DNA of 64,000 nt from Rhodanobacteraceae bacterium (GTDB lineage Bacteria; Pseudomonadota; Gammaproteobacteria; Xanthomonadales; Rhodanobacteraceae), in NCBI GenBank assembly GCA_035552915.1, contig DATNEQ010000021.1, positions 7,031 through 71,030 of the forward strand. Reading direction: 5' to 3'. Below, one piece after another: positions 60,409 to 64,000 of this stretch. The position numbers and the translations under genes were made by a program. Numbering within the stretch: the stretch's first letter is position 1; every line of letters begins with the position of its first letter. The notes beneath the pieces were generated by a model that was given only the letters and a program-made list of their open reading frames with translations, ran no database searches and had not been told where the DNA came from.

Positions 60409-61035
60409 CTACGCCGCTTTTGCCTGATCGAGGCCTTCCGCCTCCAACACCTTCCGTACGCCGGCATCCGCGCGCATGCCTTGCTCGAACTTCTCGAGAT
60501 TGTCCAGGCCGGACAAGTCGACATTGACACCTTTGGCCCAGCGCAACATCACGAACAGGTAGGGGTCGGCGATGGAGCGCGCACCGGCCAGCCAGTCGTG
60601 TTTGCCGAGTTGCTCATCGACTCGCTCGAACAGCCCCCGCAATTGCTTGCGCGCGTTCTCGTGGGTCTTCTCGATCGCCGCCTTGTCTTCCAGGTAATTG
60701 GTCGTGCCGAACAACGGCTTGAACGCCGGGTGCATGTCGGAATTGAGGAAACCCAGCCAACGGTTCACTTCGGCGCGACCCTTCGGCGAGCCGTCGCCAC
60801 CAAGTTTCGCTTCCGGGAACTTGTCCGCGAGATAGTTGAGGATCGCCGCATTCTGTGTAAGCGTCCAGCCGTCGTCTTCCAGTACCGGCACCGCGCCGGC
60901 AGGGTTGAGTTTCCTGAATTCCGGGGTGGCGCGGCGCTCGCGGCTGACGATCTCGGCGGTGTAGGGCTTGCCGGTCCATTCCAGCGCGATATGGTCCGCC
61001 ATCGAACATGCGCCGGGCGAGGTATAGAGTTTCAT
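60409..61035 (-). CDS. glutathione S-transferase (beta-class, GstA-like)
   Basis: 208 aa. MKLYTSPGACSMADHIALE, NPAGAVPVL, QNAAILNYLA. Confidence 0.88.
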   Translation of the reverse strand: MKLYTSPGACSMADHIALEWTGKPYTAEIVSRERRATPEFRKLNPAGAVPVLEDDGWTLTQNAAILNYLADKFPEAKLGGDGSPKGRAEVNRWLGFLNSDMHPAFKPLFGTTNYLEDKAAIEKTHENARKQLRGLFERVDEQLGKHDWLAGARSIADPYLFVMLRWAKGVNVDLSGLDNLEKFEQGMRADAGVRKVLEAEGLDQAKAA

Positions 61036-61075
61036 CGGGCGACTCCTTGTCGATCTTGTGGTTGATCAAAACGGA

Positions 61076-61105
61076 AAAACGCGCACGCCTGTCGGTTCGC
61101 GCGTC
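61076..61105 (-). terminator. possible intrinsic terminator after fadH
   Basis: The minus strand reads ACGCGC-(13-nt loop)-GCGCGT followed by TTTTTCCGTTTT, about 85 nt after the fadH stop. Confidence 0.4.
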
Positions 61106-61185
61106 GTACCGAAAGACCTTGGGGTCGTCGCCGTCGGCTTCAAGTAAAGCTGTACTCGCGCGGGGTGCGCGGTCCGGAATTTGAC

Positions 61186-63273
<2,088 letters not shown>

Positions 63274-63987
63274 TCAGCCGCCACCGGTCATGTCACGGGT
63301 GTGGCTCTTCCGCTGCGTCCACCAGCCCAGCCCCACGATGCCGCCGACGAACAGCACATCGACCAGGTAACGCAGGGCGTCATGCACGTCGAACCAGCGC
63401 TCGATCAGATCGTCCTCGGTCACCATGCGCGCCGCAGTCCAGGCGACCACGCCGGCGCCGATGAACACGATTGCGGGCCAGCGTTCCAGCAGTTTCAGGA
63501 TCAGGCGGGAGCCCCATACCACCAGCGGGACGCTGATCAGCAAACCGAGCACGACCAGCCCGAGATGGCCCTTGGACGCGCCGGCAATCGCGAGCACGTT
63601 GTCGAGCCCCATCAATGCATCGGCGATGACGATCGTGAGCATCGCGCCCCACAGGCCGGTAGCCGCCCGCACCTTGTGGTCTTCCTGGTGGTGGTGCAGC
63701 AGCCGCCAGGCGATGGGCATCAAGGCAAGCCCGCCGATCAGCATCAGGCCGGGGATTCTCAGCAGCCACAGCACGCCCGCGGTCATCGCCACGCGCACGG
63801 CGATGGCGCCGAAGCTGCCCCAGAAAATGGCGCGCAACTGCAATGGGTGAGGAAGGTTGCGCGCGGCCAGGGCGATCACCACCGCGTTGTCGCCGGCAAG
63901 CACGAGGTCGATCAGGATGATCGATCCCAGGCCGGACCAGAACGCCGGGTTCGATAGCGAGGCGAGTGCATGTTCGAGGATGGTCAT
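63274..63987 (-). CDS. TerC/YjbE-family integral membrane protein
   Basis: 237 aa. Repeated LAGDNAVVIALAA and GLDNVLAIAGA motifs characteristic of TerC-family proteins. Confidence 0.85.
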   Translation of the reverse strand: MTILEHALASLSNPAFWSGLGSIILIDLVLAGDNAVVIALAARNLPHPLQLRAIFWGSFGAIAVRVAMTAGVLWLLRIPGLMLIGGLALMPIAWRLLHHHQEDHKVRAATGLWGAMLTIVIADALMGLDNVLAIAGASKGHLGLVVLGLLISVPLVVWGSRLILKLLERWPAIVFIGAGVVAWTAARMVTEDDLIERWFDVHDALRYLVDVLFVGGIVGLGWWTQRKSHTRDMTGGG

Positions 63988-64000
63988 CGGCGGCCCTTTG

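Noticed and set aside
63988-64000. Expected Mn-responsive yybP-ykoY riboswitch upstream of the TerC-family gene.
   Set aside because: Only 13 nt of upstream sequence are inside the window, so nothing can be assessed.

Overview
High-G+C chromosomal window (about two-thirds G+C by eye, not computed). Gene content suggests a Xanthomonadales/Lysobacterales-type gammaproteobacterium; that is inference, with no search run. All family calls come from reading the translated ORFs for diagnostic motifs. Start codons were refined by hand, because many track ORFs carry spurious N-terminal extensions.

I call 62 protein genes and one tRNA-Leu(CAA), plus several hairpin terminators, candidate promoters and repeats.

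Layout:
- 1-1140: an AT-richer mini-island next to tRNA-Leu, carrying one HEPN/MtlR-like gene.
- 1357-18982, all minus strand: thiol dioxygenase, metX and ccmI; two secreted glycosidases wedged between ccmI and ccmH; ccmHGFEDCBA, including a 59-codon ccmD that is missing from the ORF track; then DUF3293, kmo, kynU, an unknown secreted protein, and ACMSD.
- 19102-22805: a tandem pair of TolB-N-like/TPR membrane proteins. A third copy lies at 55125.
- 22811-26991: SGNH hydrolase, FUSC-family membrane protein, 3-hydroxyanthranilate dioxygenase.
- 27065-38782: a SigK/RskA-type ECF sigma and anti-sigma pair, photolyase, a tightly coupled desaturase / FAD-oxidoreductase / DUF1365 / CFA-synthase / DUF2878 / DUF1295 / CFA-synthase-like / lipocalin operon, a fasciclin gene and a second lipocalin.
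- 38822-63987: housekeeping genes (parE, pepP-like, pyrG-kdsA-eno-ftsB-ispD-ispF, typA, PPIase, aminotransferase, mdh, prpB, prpC, GST, fadH, TerC-family).

I found no CRISPR array, rRNA, transposase or integrase, and no clear-cut new defence system.

The observations most worth follow-up are:
1. Two paralogous membrane-anchored Cys-containing proteins of unknown family, with atypical codon usage, inserted and translationally coupled between prpB and prpC.
2. A 31-nt promoter-like motif shared by the desaturase operon and the fasciclin gene beside the ECF sigma module.
3. The tRNA-flanked HEPN mini-island.
4. Glycosidases and a palindromic element interrupting the ccm cluster.
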